From the NCBI GenBank assembly GCA_027858225.1, contig JAQIDB010000177.1, forward strand, positions 1 to 61,130: a stretch of DNA of 61,130 nucleotides. Reading direction: 5' to 3'. A program made the position numbers and the translations under genes. Below the pieces are notes generated by a model that worked only from the letters and a program-made list of their open reading frames with translations, was not told the DNA's origin and did not search any database. This DNA is from Candidatus Delongbacteria bacterium. GTDB lineage: Bacteria; UBA4055. This document shows positions 20,001 through 28,295 of this stretch, piece after piece; the stretch's first letter is position 1, and each line of letters starts with the position of its first letter.

Positions 20001-20188
20001 TCTGCTGCAGTATTAGCTAATAAAATTTCTTTATCTGAGTTTGAGATTATCATAGCATCGTGAGAATGCTCAAATAAACTACGAAATTGATCATTTGATT
20101 TAAATATTTCTATATTTTTTTCTTTCATCAAATTATCCAAAGAGATTAACAATCGAAGTAAAATACAATTATTTACTTGTTTTTCCAA
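17078..20188 (-). CDS. Multi-sensor hybrid histidine kinase (PAS-GAF-GAF-PAS-HisKA-HATPase-REC).
   Basis: The 1036-aa protein has an H-box (GGIAHDFNNILTPIIGY), N/G-box ATP-binding motifs (DTGHGMD, GTGLGLS) and a C-terminal receiver with DQTMPGM (Asp-containing). Confidence 0.85.
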   Translation of the reverse strand: MEKQVNNCILLRLLISLDNLMKEKNIEIFKSNDQFRSLFEHSHDAMIISNSDKEILLANTAAEVMFGYEKSQLIGINIAKLMPVDRRNNYDRDLKEVMKGRIVTNRDNRLEFLGLKHDGTVFPIELTFNGWKSNDTQYFNSQIRDISERKSYEYDLQISNRALLVMSECNKALVNAVEEKQYFQDICNLLVDYGGYKVAWIGLVKYDETQSVEPIAYKGYEKGHFENEIIAKGRMTWKMRENNNTGPSARAVNTKKEMFCNNIQTDPKYDFWRKDAKKIGYNSQISIPLIVDDKVNAVLVILSEDPEAYYKEEVKFLRELSNDMSFGIKSLKLKQAQSVVEEHLKDNEGRLLLSNKYLQIMSQSNKILVKSKTVKEYLENICKIIVMTGGHVKSLVQRINYRESVTIDDLGMYGNFEGEYVEEQFLSQNVKITGLTANCVRENRPIVYQNIKGTGNFIYWNEDPDKIKFQSVAVIPMRKDDKIIGVLRVFSKNPFDYDKKEIELLQDLVNDIVFGIDLINNKAKRILIENKLNESEDKYKNLFQYSNDAIFLEDAETGVIIDANKKAEELLGIEISDIIGMLQTDLHQSKNKLKYKTTFGKYLETNKKIDEFYIVNKSGKNIPVQVSSSTTIIDGKKIVQAIFRDVSTTKLIEENLRNTQKMEALGTLSGGIAHDFNNILTPIIGYTELAKMELDSKDRESKYLMEVIKASNRAKELVRQILTFCRKNDFEVKPFKIQPIVKEVLKLIKPLIPSTIEIRSEIATNCGSVLCDPTQIHQLIMNLCTNAYHAMKDTGGILKVKLDCGKTKDFITDEINDIEFERCLCLEISDTGHGMDKLVLERIFEPYFTTKGQDEGTGLGLSVVLGIVKSHGGRIYARSQPNEGSLFKIYLPLLEDEKVENNKSEIECIEGGNEHILVVDDEQILTEIITAILNELGYRTTQFNSSNEALEDFKKNSQKYDMVFTDQTMPGMIGSDLAKKILEIRSDIPIILCTGYSPLIDREEAIKIGIKEFLMKPITTSILGVTVRKVLDANKI

Positions 20189-20230
20189 AAAAAAAAAAAG
20201 GGAATTTTACCTCCCTTTTTTTTTAAAATA
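20187..20230. terminator. Long A13-GGGA / TCCC-T10 palindromic hairpin. It is a bidirectional terminator candidate between the sensor kinase and peptidase genes.
   Basis: The sequence is aaaaaaaaaaaaaggga attttacc tcccttttttttt. This is a perfect 17-bp stem. Confidence 0.5.
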
Positions 20231-20242
20231 TTTAATTAATTC

Positions 20243-23200
20243 TTACTTTGTTCCATTCGTTGCTACAATATAGTAGAATAACTTTGCAGATGAAGCAGGA
20301 ACTGTGTATTGATTTATCCCAACTGAAGCAGCAAATGTAAATGTTCCAAATGGATCATCTGAAGAATAAACATCATATCCGGTTGCATCAGCAGCCACAT
20401 CCCAATCTACCACAAGATCAGTTCCAGAAATACTTGTAACAATATTTGCAGGTACCGCAGGTATAACCGTACTTTGTAAAACAATGAACTCTACTGAAAT
20501 TACTTCAGAAGATTCATCAGGATCATTTGATGCTATCGTTATATCAGCATTATAAGTTGCTTCTGCTAATCCTGTAGCATCACAAGTAATATTTATAGCG
20601 TTGCTTCCCGATGCTGTAACTGTACCTGTAGAAGGACTGTCAATTGACAACCATGTATAAAGAAATACTTCTGGACCCGAAACAACTACATTATCAACAC
20701 TCCAAGTATCAACACCGTTTTTCGAAGATATATTTGCTGTGAATCTAATTTGCATATTCGCAGCAAGTACAGGCAACGGAAGAGATTGAGAAGCTGTAGT
20801 TGAAGCTGTTTCGTTATAAATTTCTACCCATGTACTCCCATTAAAATACTCAACAACAAATGATGGAGTTCTCGAACTGTTTACTGACAAAATCTGATCA
20901 AAATCAAGAGTAAGCGCTGTACATTGTGTTCCGTCAAATACTCCTGAAGTTATAATTGCATTAGATATACCATTTGAAGATCCTATTGCTTTTGCACTAT
21001 TAACAGTTAAATCAGGTTGAACACTCCAATTAACTGCACCACTATTGGTATAAACTAATCCTGATTCAAAATCATTTGATTCAATTGTGATAATTCCTTT
21101 TTGGGAGATATAGCTTTTAGAAATACTATAGTTAAGATCAGCATCACCGAGATTATCAATATCAAATAAATCTGAAACATTTGCTTCAGGTGCAACAGTA
21201 TTACTTATTGAAGCTGTTGAAAGATTAACATCCGGAGCTTGAACTGTAAAACTCCATGATCCTGTGTAGCTACTTGGACCAGAAGAATTTGAAGCTAATA
21301 CTTTCCAATAATAAGTTCCTGCTGTAAAACCAGTTCCATCGGTATAAGTACTTGAAGCAATAGTCTGATTGATCTCTGGAGAACTGTAATCTGAGTTATT
21401 GTCAACTAAGATACTGTAACTTGTAGCATCAACTGCATCTGACCAGTCAAATGTCGGTGTAGTATCTGTCGTACCACTTCCATTTGATGGAGAGATTAAT
21501 GTCGGTGCTTCTGGAGGTGGTGCAATTACATTGAATGACCAAGTTCCTGAATAATTACCTGCTCCAATTGAATTAGTTCCTCTTGCTTTCCAATAATATG
21601 TGTCTAAAGCAAGATCCGTTGGCTGTGTATAATCACTTGTTCCAGTTGATTGATTTACTTCCGGTGAACTGAAATCTATATTATTATCAACCAAAATCTC
21701 ATAACCAGTTGCATCTGTAGCATCTGACCAATCAAAGGATGGTGTTTTATCAAATTTATCACTTGCATCTATTGGTGAAATCAAAGTTAAATCTCCAGGT
21801 GGCGGTGGGGGTGCTATTACATTCACATCCCATACCCCTGTATAACTGCTCGATCCAGTTGCATTTGTAGCAAGTACTTTCCAATAATAAATATCCTCAG
21901 CCATATCAGAACCAGAGGTATAGTTACTTACCGCTACATCTGCATCAACTACTAAATCAGTCATATTTGATTTTGTTGCTATCTGAATATGGTAACTTGT
22001 AGCATCCGAAGCATCTGACCAATCAAATGTTGGTGTCAGATCTTCAACTGTTGAACCATCAGTTGGAGTAATTAAAGTTGGCATTCCCGGCATCGGAACT
22101 GAAGCTGTGATAGTAAAATCCCAGGCTGTCGTATAAGAACTTGATCCATCAGAATTTGTCGAAAGCACTTTCCAATAATAAGTCCCTGTAGTAAGATCTG
22201 TTCCAGGTGTGTACGTGCTTGAAGTTGGTGATTGATTTATATTAGGTGAACTAAAATTTGAAGCATCATCTACAAGTATAGTATAAGAAGTTGCTCCGGC
22301 AACATCTGACCAGTCAAATGTTGGTGTAGCATCAGATGTAGAACTTGCATCGGATGGACTTATAAGAGTTGGCATTGCTGGAGGTGTACCTCCCGGTAGC
22401 ATACTCTGTAACGCTAACAAAGAACTATTAGCATTTAAACGACCAGAACCTAACAAACCGATATATGCAGGATTTTGGGCATCTATATTATCTGTATTAT
22501 TCACTAATAAATTCCAAATATCAGATGGGTCAAGAACGACACCATTTCTATAAGCATTTGATACTAACAATGCTGCAACACCTGAAACATGTGGACATGC
22601 CATTGATGTCCCCTGCATCCACATATAACTACCGTTAGAAAAAGATGTAGTACTATACACCTGTCCAGATGAAGCACCATCATAATAATCTCCACCAGGA
22701 GCCGCAATGTGTACCCAATCTCCGTAATTGGAATAATATGCTCTGTCATCGTCGTAGCTAGTAGCAGCCACAGATAGTGCTTCACTGTAAAATCCAGGCC
22801 ACCAATCACCATTATCATCATCATTACCTGCAGCAAAGATAGTTAAACCTCCATTCAAAGCAGAACCACCACCATTTGCGTTAAAATAATCAATACCATC
22901 CATGTCCCCTTGAACATAATTACCAGCTGCCCCGTAACCCCAACTATTTTGAGTTATTGAAGCTCCATTATCTGCTGCATATGTAAACATTCCAAGAGTT
23001 GTAGTAATCGTTTGAGGTGTAAAAAGATCAATTGTCATTATCCTAACTCCATCTCCGGAACCTGAACCTCCGGCTACACCTGAAACTCCAACACCGTTAT
23101 TATTTACTGCTGCTACAGTTCCGGCTACATGTGATCCATGATAATCTGCATTAGTTGAAGTACCATCGGGTCCAATACCAGACCACATATTTGCAGCTAT

Positions 23201-23926
23201 GTCAGGATGCGTATACTCTACACCTTGATCAATAATAGCAACTATTACATCAGAGTTTCCTTTTTCAATTTCCCAAGCTTCAGGTAGGTCAATATCACAA
23301 TCTGCTACTCCGCCTGTTTGTCCAGTATTATTATAATGCCACTGATCAGAATAATCAGGATCATTTGGAGTCCATTTAGGAGTATCTCCACTTGAATTTG
23401 GTTGATCTAAGCTAGTAATTACTTTTTTATAAACTGGTTCAGCTACATCCACTTCTACTAAAGAACTGTATTGTTTCACAGCTTCTATAATATCCACATC
23501 AGGTGCTAAAGTAACTTCCATCCATAAGTTAATACCCCAAGCAATATGTCTGTCACGGTATTTAACAGACGCTGGTGATATTTTATAAAAATTGAACAAA
23601 GCAGGTTTATAAATTTCTGCTTGAAATTTAGTATTCATTGCGTCAACAGCCTGAACACCTGTTTTTACATACCCGTCTTTTGTTTTAACCAAAAGAACAT
23701 CATCTTTAATCGATTTGTCCATACCCGGTGCTAGTTTAATCAATAACTTGCCAGGTTCGTACATTTCCCGCGTTACTTTTGCAAGATCAATTGGTGGTCT
23801 TTCACCATGATGAACTTTGTAACCATTGATAATTTCGGTTTTCTGGGAAAATAACCCTGTTAAACCAAAGACTACCATTAAAACTACTACTAAAAATCTC
23901 CTCATACTTCTCCTCCAAAACTTCAT
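20243..23926 (-). CDS. Secreted S8 (subtilisin-family) serine peptidase with an I9-like propeptide, four Fn3-like repeats, a beta-sandwich domain and a C-terminal Fn3-like domain (paralog A).
   Basis: The protein has a signal peptide and the Asp/His/Ser triad in motifs VAIIDQGV, HGSHVAGT and GTSMACPHVSG. Four repeats of about 95 aa each carry a TYYWKV motif. The C-terminus reads ...WDVAADATGYDVYSSDDPFGTFTFAASVGINQYTVPASSAKLFYYIVATNGTK. Confidence 0.85.
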   Translation of the reverse strand: MKFWRRSMRRFLVVVLMVVFGLTGLFSQKTEIINGYKVHHGERPPIDLAKVTREMYEPGKLLIKLAPGMDKSIKDDVLLVKTKDGYVKTGVQAVDAMNTKFQAEIYKPALFNFYKISPASVKYRDRHIAWGINLWMEVTLAPDVDIIEAVKQYSSLVEVDVAEPVYKKVITSLDQPNSSGDTPKWTPNDPDYSDQWHYNNTGQTGGVADCDIDLPEAWEIEKGNSDVIVAIIDQGVEYTHPDIAANMWSGIGPDGTSTNADYHGSHVAGTVAAVNNNGVGVSGVAGGSGSGDGVRIMTIDLFTPQTITTTLGMFTYAADNGASITQNSWGYGAAGNYVQGDMDGIDYFNANGGGSALNGGLTIFAAGNDDDNGDWWPGFYSEALSVAATSYDDDRAYYSNYGDWVHIAAPGGDYYDGASSGQVYSTTSFSNGSYMWMQGTSMACPHVSGVAALLVSNAYRNGVVLDPSDIWNLLVNNTDNIDAQNPAYIGLLGSGRLNANSSLLALQSMLPGGTPPAMPTLISPSDASSTSDATPTFDWSDVAGATSYTILVDDASNFSSPNINQSPTSSTYTPGTDLTTGTYYWKVLSTNSDGSSSYTTAWDFTITASVPMPGMPTLITPTDGSTVEDLTPTFDWSDASDATSYHIQIATKSNMTDLVVDADVAVSNYTSGSDMAEDIYYWKVLATNATGSSSYTGVWDVNVIAPPPPPGDLTLISPIDASDKFDKTPSFDWSDATDATGYEILVDNNIDFSSPEVNQSTGTSDYTQPTDLALDTYYWKARGTNSIGAGNYSGTWSFNVIAPPPEAPTLISPSNGSGTTDTTPTFDWSDAVDATSYSILVDNNSDYSSPEINQTIASSTYTDGTGFTAGTYYWKVLASNSSGPSSYTGSWSFTVQAPDVNLSTASISNTVAPEANVSDLFDIDNLGDADLNYSISKSYISQKGIITIESNDFESGLVYTNSGAVNWSVQPDLTVNSAKAIGSSNGISNAIITSGVFDGTQCTALTLDFDQILSVNSSRTPSFVVEYFNGSTWVEIYNETASTTASQSLPLPVLAANMQIRFTANISSKNGVDTWSVDNVVVSGPEVFLYTWLSIDSPSTGTVTASGSNAINITCDATGLAEATYNADITIASNDPDESSEVISVEFIVLQSTVIPAVPANIVTSISGTDLVVDWDVAADATGYDVYSSDDPFGTFTFAASVGINQYTVPASSAKLFYYIVATNGTK
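22381..23926. repeat. About 1.5-kb duplicated segment (propeptide + catalytic domain of S8 paralog A), highly similar to 25310-26825.
   Basis: Long nucleotide stretches are near-identical by eye, for example around 22480-22900 versus 25370-25800. This suggests recent tandem duplication or gene conversion. Confidence 0.7.
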
Positions 23927-23994
23927 TATTTTGAATTATTATCTTGATATTAACCCTTAATTATAAATACTAATATTGTCATTGGCAATCTTAA

Positions 23995-24031
23995 AATAAA
24001 AAAAAACCGACTATAAAAGTCGGTTTTTTTA
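23995..24031. terminator. Rho-independent (bidirectional) terminator downstream of S8 paralog B.
   Basis: The sequence is A-run + aaccgact ataaa agtcggtt + T-run. Confidence 0.6.
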
Positions 24032-24047
24032 GAAAGAAATAATAATT

Positions 24048-26825
24048 CTACTTTGTAGCGTTTGTTGCCACCACGTAATAGAATAACTTTGCTTGATCAG
24101 CTGGAACAGTATATTGATTTGTTCCGACAGAAGCTGCAAATGTAAATGTACCATAAGGATCATCTGATGAATAAACATCATATCCTGTAGCATCAGCAGC
24201 CACATCCCAATCTACAACAAGATCGGTTCCAGAAATACTTGTCAGAATGTTTCCAGGAACTGCAGGTGTAATAGGTGTTGTACCTTCTGCAACTGTAAAC
24301 TCAACAGGCAATACTTTACTTGCTTCGTCAGGATCATCTGAAGAAACAGTAATGTCAGCATTATAAGTTCCTGCAGATAATCCAGTTGCATCACAGGTAA
24401 TATTAATTGTATTCGAACCACTAACAGAAACAGTGCCTGTAGTCGAACTATTGACAGTTAACCAATTATATGGTACCGCTACAGATGAAACTGCTATGTT
24501 GTCAATATCCCAGGAACCAGTTGCAGCTTGTGCTCTGGAAGTATAAGCAGAAAATCTTAATTGTGTGCTTGTTGATTTAATTGGGAGTTCTAGGTGAATA
24601 GGTGTATTATCATCAAGTGTTCCGTAATATACTTCTACCCATGCTGAACCTGTATAATATTCAACTTTTGACCAATTTCCACTTCTTGGGAAAAAGTCCT
24701 GTGTCATATCCAAATACAACGGATTCACTGATGCAGAAGTATCAAATGTCGGTGATGTCATAGTACAAGTTACACCACTTCCTGTTGCTCTTGCACCGCC
24801 ATTATATGCGACCCAACTAGTGTTAGTATATCCTGTACCTGGAAAAGTCGTGAAGTCATTTGCATGATAAGTACCACCAGGAATTTGAAATCCAGAATAA
24901 GCTTCTGTGATATCTGAATAACTTAGTGTGTAATTTCCTAGATTTTCAATATCAAATGAATCTCCAACACTTGCATCAGGTGCAGCAGTTGGACTTAATT
25001 GAGATACAGACAGGTTAATATCAGGAAATGAAATCGTTGTGTTCCAAACTGTTGAATATGAACTAGATCCAATATTATTTGTCGCCAACACTTTCCAATA
25101 GTATGTTTCTTCTGACAGATTTACCAAAACAGTATATTCACTTTCTGTAGTTACTTCATTGATTTCAGGAGAACTGAAGTTTGAATTATTATCAACCAGT
25201 ATCGTATATGAAGAAGTTTCAGCATTATCTGACCAGTCAAATGAAGGTGTTACATCACCAATTGTACTTCCATTTGAAGGACTTACAAGTGAAGGTGATG
25301 CCGGTGGAGCTGTGTAAAGCATATCTTGTAAAGCTAATAAAGAACTGTATGCATTCATACGACCAGATCCTAATAAACCGATATAAGTAGGGTTTTGGGC
25401 ATCTATATTATCTGTGTTGTCCACTAATAAATTCCATATATCAGATGGATCAAGAACGACACCATTTCTATAAGCATTTGATACTAGAAGAGCAGCAACT
25501 CCAGATACATGTGGACATGCCATTGATGTTCCCTGCATCCACATATAACTACCGCTAGCAAAATCTGTAGTACTATACACCTGTCCAGATGAAGCACCAT
25601 CATAATAATCTCCACCAGGAGCCGCTATGTGTACCCAATCTCCATAATTAGAATAATATGCTCTGTCATCGTCGTAACTTGTAGCTGCCACAGATAGTGC
25701 TTCACTATAAAATCCAGGCCACCATTCTCCGTCATCATCATCATTTCCTGCTGCAAAAATTGTAATTCCTCCATTTAGAGCAGAACCACCACCATTTGCG
25801 TTAAAATAATCAATACCATCCATTTCCCCTTGTACATAATTACCTGCTGAACCATAACCCCAGCTATTTTGTGTTATGGATGCTCCATTATCTGCAGCAT
25901 ATGTCATCATACCAAGGACAGTTGTTATTGCAACTGGTGTAAAAAGATCAATTGTCATTATTCTAACTCCGTCACCTGAACCTGAACCTCCGGCAACACC
26001 CGAAACACCTACACCGTTATTATTTACTGCGGCTACAGTTCCGGCAACATGTGATCCATGTTCACCTACTGTCGTTGAAGTACCGTCTGGTCCAATACCA
26101 GACCACATATTTGCAGCTATATCAGGATGAGTGTACTCTACACCTTGATCAATAATAGCAACTATTACATCAGAATTCCCTTTTTCAATTTCCCAGGCTT
26201 CAGGAAGATCAATATCACAATCTGCTACTCCGCCTGTTTGTCCAGTATTATTATAATGCCACTGATCAGAATAATCAGGATCATTTGGAGTCCATTTAGG
26301 AGTATCTCCACTTGGATTTGGTTGATCTAAGCTCGTCATTACTTTTTTATAAACTGGTTCAGCTACATCCACTTCTGCTAAAGAACTGTATTCTTTTACA
26401 GCTTCCAAAATATCAGCATCAGCTGCTAGAGTAACTTCCATCCATAGATTAATGCCCCAAGCAATATGTCTTGCACGAAATTTCTCCGAAGCTGGAGATA
26501 TTTTATAAAAGTTGTACAAAGCAGGTTTATAAATTTCTGCTTGAAATTTAGTATTCATTGCGTCAATAGCTTGAACTCCTGTTTTCACATATCCATCTTT
26601 TGTTTTGACAATCAAAACATCATCTTTGATAGATTTTTCCATACCAGGTGCTAGTTTAATCAATAATTTACCTGGTTCGTACATTTCAGGCGTTACTTTT
26701 GAAAGATCAATTGCCGGTCTTTCACCATGATGAACTTTGTAACCATTGATAATTTCGGTTTTCTGGGAAAATAACCCCGACAAACCAAAAACAACCATAA
26801 TGGCTACTATTAAAACTCTCCTCAT
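24048..26825 (-). CDS. Secreted S8 serine peptidase, paralog B. It has the same propeptide and catalytic core, fewer Fn3 repeats and the same C-terminal domain.
   Basis: The 925-aa protein has N-terminal about 500 aa nearly identical to paralog A at protein and nucleotide level. Its C-terminus is ...GTFTFAASVGTNQYTVPADQAKLFYYVVATNATK. Confidence 0.85.
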   Translation of the reverse strand: MRRVLIVAIMVVFGLSGLFSQKTEIINGYKVHHGERPAIDLSKVTPEMYEPGKLLIKLAPGMEKSIKDDVLIVKTKDGYVKTGVQAIDAMNTKFQAEIYKPALYNFYKISPASEKFRARHIAWGINLWMEVTLAADADILEAVKEYSSLAEVDVAEPVYKKVMTSLDQPNPSGDTPKWTPNDPDYSDQWHYNNTGQTGGVADCDIDLPEAWEIEKGNSDVIVAIIDQGVEYTHPDIAANMWSGIGPDGTSTTVGEHGSHVAGTVAAVNNNGVGVSGVAGGSGSGDGVRIMTIDLFTPVAITTVLGMMTYAADNGASITQNSWGYGSAGNYVQGEMDGIDYFNANGGGSALNGGITIFAAGNDDDDGEWWPGFYSEALSVAATSYDDDRAYYSNYGDWVHIAAPGGDYYDGASSGQVYSTTDFASGSYMWMQGTSMACPHVSGVAALLVSNAYRNGVVLDPSDIWNLLVDNTDNIDAQNPTYIGLLGSGRMNAYSSLLALQDMLYTAPPASPSLVSPSNGSTIGDVTPSFDWSDNAETSSYTILVDNNSNFSSPEINEVTTESEYTVLVNLSEETYYWKVLATNNIGSSSYSTVWNTTISFPDINLSVSQLSPTAAPDASVGDSFDIENLGNYTLSYSDITEAYSGFQIPGGTYHANDFTTFPGTGYTNTSWVAYNGGARATGSGVTCTMTSPTFDTSASVNPLYLDMTQDFFPRSGNWSKVEYYTGSAWVEVYYGTLDDNTPIHLELPIKSTSTQLRFSAYTSRAQAATGSWDIDNIAVSSVAVPYNWLTVNSSTTGTVSVSGSNTINITCDATGLSAGTYNADITVSSDDPDEASKVLPVEFTVAEGTTPITPAVPGNILTSISGTDLVVDWDVAADATGYDVYSSDDPYGTFTFAASVGTNQYTVPADQAKLFYYVVATNATK
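25310..26825. repeat. Partner copy of the duplicated S8 propeptide/catalytic segment.
   Basis: See 22381-23926. Also the 3' 230 nt of both genes (20243-20470 versus 24048-24275) are highly similar. Confidence 0.7.
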
Positions 26826-26955
26826 ACTTCTCCTCCACGTTTTTCACATTTATTATCTAGTTTACATATACTTTTCGCTATATTACCCAACTAAAATAAC
26901 AAAATAATTGAAAATAGTCAATCTTTTTTATGACGGGAATCATATATTTTATTCA

Positions 26956-27060
26956 TTACTTCGTCGCATTCGTTGCCACAATATAATAGAATAACTTAGC
27001 TTGATTAGCATGAACCGTATATTGATTAGTTCCAACAGTAGCCGTAAATGTAAAATTTCC
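26956..27060 (-). pseudogene. Remnant of a third S8-paralog gene: only the last about 34 codons of the shared C-terminal domain are retained.
   Basis: The minus-strand translation GNFTFTATVGTNQYTVHANQAKLFYYIVATNATK* matches the C-termini of paralogs A and B. The nucleotide sequence 26957-27060 parallels 24048-24150. No upstream coding continuation is present. Confidence 0.65.
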
Positions 27061-27061
27061 A

Positions 27062-27283
27062 TTAAGGATCATCAATGCTTAAAGAACCATTAGCCCAAGT
27101 AGTTAAACTTCCTGAATATTCAGATCCTAAAGAAGCTGCTGATGGTGATACCGGAGCCATTAAAGTTTGTGCACTTGAAGCTCTCGGTGCAGAATATTCC
27201 TCTGAATTATCATATGAATATGCTCTATAATAGTACATTGTTTGATCTGCTAATCCTGCATGTGAATATGATGTTCCTGTAAG
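27062..27283 (-). pseudogene. Orphan Fn3-like gene fragment with no start, fused at a deletion junction to the truncated IS orfB.
   Basis: The minus-strand frame reads NLTGTSYSHAGLADQTMYYYRAYSYDNSEEYSAPRASSAQTLMAPVSPSAASLGSEYSGSLTTWANGSLSIDDP*. An Fn3 C-terminal strand motif (YYYRAYSYDNSEEYSAP) is present. The frame is preceded by in-frame stops. Confidence 0.4.
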
Positions 27284-27284
27284 A

Positions 27285-27423
27285 TTTTATCTTTATTATC
27301 ACTATTTCTATTCTTCAACCAGCTGTAATACCCACTTCTTGATACTTTACCAATTTTACATAAATAAATTATTTTATGTAAAGATTTCAGTTTATAGATC
27401 TCTGCAAAAATTACTTTTTTTTT
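27285..27423 (-). pseudogene. Truncated IS3-family transposase OrfB. It is entered by a -1 frameshift from orfA and only about 40 N-terminal codons remain.
   Basis: The frame-2 translation from the A9G site contains the conserved VSRSGYY(S/A)WLK motif. No DDE catalytic domain follows. Confidence 0.6.
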
Positions 27424-27722
27424 ACACGATGCTCAGCTAAAGCTTCTAAAAGTGCAACTTTAGCTCGTAGAAACTCATTTTCTTCTTCAAGGCTATCAAA
27501 ATCTTTTTTAGGCCTACCTTTTGTTGGTCCTGTTAGTTTTCCTCGTTTATCCTTAAAACCTTGTTCGCCATACTTCTCATAGATTGTAGCCCATTGTGTT
27601 AATCTTCTACGTGAAGAAATGCCAAGCTCTTCTGCTATAACAGAAGCACTCTTTTCTCCCTTAAGAAATGTTTTTACTGCTTGTAATTTCAAAGAAGTGG
27701 AATACTTCTTATGTTTTCCCAT
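27411..27722 (-). CDS. IS3-family transposase OrfA (HTH + leucine zipper).
   Basis: The 103-aa protein reads MGKHKKYSTSLKLQAVKTFLKGEKSASVIAEELGISSRRRLTQWATIYEKYGEQGFKDKRGKLTGPTKGRPKK...LEEENEFLRAKVALLEALAEH, the typical IS150/IS3 OrfA architecture. Confidence 0.85.
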   Translation of the reverse strand: MGKHKKYSTSLKLQAVKTFLKGEKSASVIAEELGISSRRRLTQWATIYEKYGEQGFKDKRGKLTGPTKGRPKKDFDSLEEENEFLRAKVALLEALAEHRVKKK

Positions 27723-27830
27723 AAAAAAACCTCCCAGTTAGTAATATACACGACTTTTTTATTCATGTCCACTAAATGGGAGGCAGTTCAAACTCAGGGA
27801 TTTTTTTATTGGGCGTAAAATATTACGCCC

Positions 27831-28211
27831 CTACTTAATATGCTTTTCTATTTTTTTTAACTTCTTCGAAATATCATTTACTCTAAACTCGATCGAGTTC
27901 AATATCCAGAATTGAAAATGTTCTACCTTCGTTTGCTTATTGATCATCCATATTATCTTAATCGAAACCAGTAACAAACCTATCTCAAGTGAAAATAACG
28001 GTGGCAAAAATGTTTCTACATGAAAGAAATGTCTGAGAATATCTAAAACAAAAAATAATACTAAAAACGCGACAAATCCTATATTGAATATCTTATCATA
28101 TTTACCGAGGGATTTTCCACCTATAGATCCTATGATACTCTTTATTTTATCCTTTTCCTTTTTATACTGTTCTAATTCATCCTGCAAGGCTTTAATTTCT
28201 TTCTCGCTCAT
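27831..28211 (-). CDS. Small membrane protein with an N-terminal coiled-coil and two TM helices (hypothetical).
   Basis: The 126-aa protein has a coiled-coil segment MSEKEIKALQDELEQYKKEKDKIK followed by two hydrophobic helices. An SD-like region lies upstream. It sits adjacent to the IS remnant. Confidence 0.45.
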   Translation of the reverse strand: MSEKEIKALQDELEQYKKEKDKIKSIIGSIGGKSLGKYDKIFNIGFVAFLVLFFVLDILRHFFHVETFLPPLFSLEIGLLLVSIKIIWMINKQTKVEHFQFWILNSIEFRVNDISKKLKKIEKHIK

Positions 28212-28295
28212 ATTGACCCTTCAATTTTATATATACGTAATAATACAAATTTTATTATAATAAATTCAATGTAATTAATAAATATTTTTTCTATA

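Larger units (their letters stand above)
27280..27790 (-). mobile_element. Internally deleted IS3-family (IS150-like) insertion sequence remnant. It retains IRL, orfA, the frameshift site and about 40 codons of orfB.
   Basis: The left end on the IS strand is TGAACTGCCTCCCATTTAGTGGACATG (complement of 27764-27790), which resembles IS150-group IRL. orfA spans 27411-27722. An A9G slippery run lies at 27414-27423. The -1 frame continues as KKKVIFAEIYKLKSLHKIIYLCKIGKVSRSGYYSWLKNRNSDNKDKILQEHHIH, the typical OrfB N-terminus, and then breaks off. Confidence 0.7.

Noticed and set aside
22564-22836. 90-aa minus-strand ORF inside S8 paralog A, and similar small ORFs inside paralog B (25181-26654).
   Set aside because: They lie in alternative frames of confident long genes. 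They are artefacts.
20243-26825. Canonical T9SS C-terminal sorting domain on the S8 peptidases.
   Set aside because: The C-terminal 75 aa read as an Fn3-like module. They do not show the usual T9SS CTD terminal motifs that I know. This is kept only as a hypothesis in the findings.
27807-27826. Perfect hairpin gggcgtaa-aata-ttacgccc between the small membrane gene and the IS left end, considered as a terminator.
   Set aside because: The T-run lies on the wrong side for the minus-strand gene it would terminate. It may be a target-site or IS-adjacent structure. It is not called.
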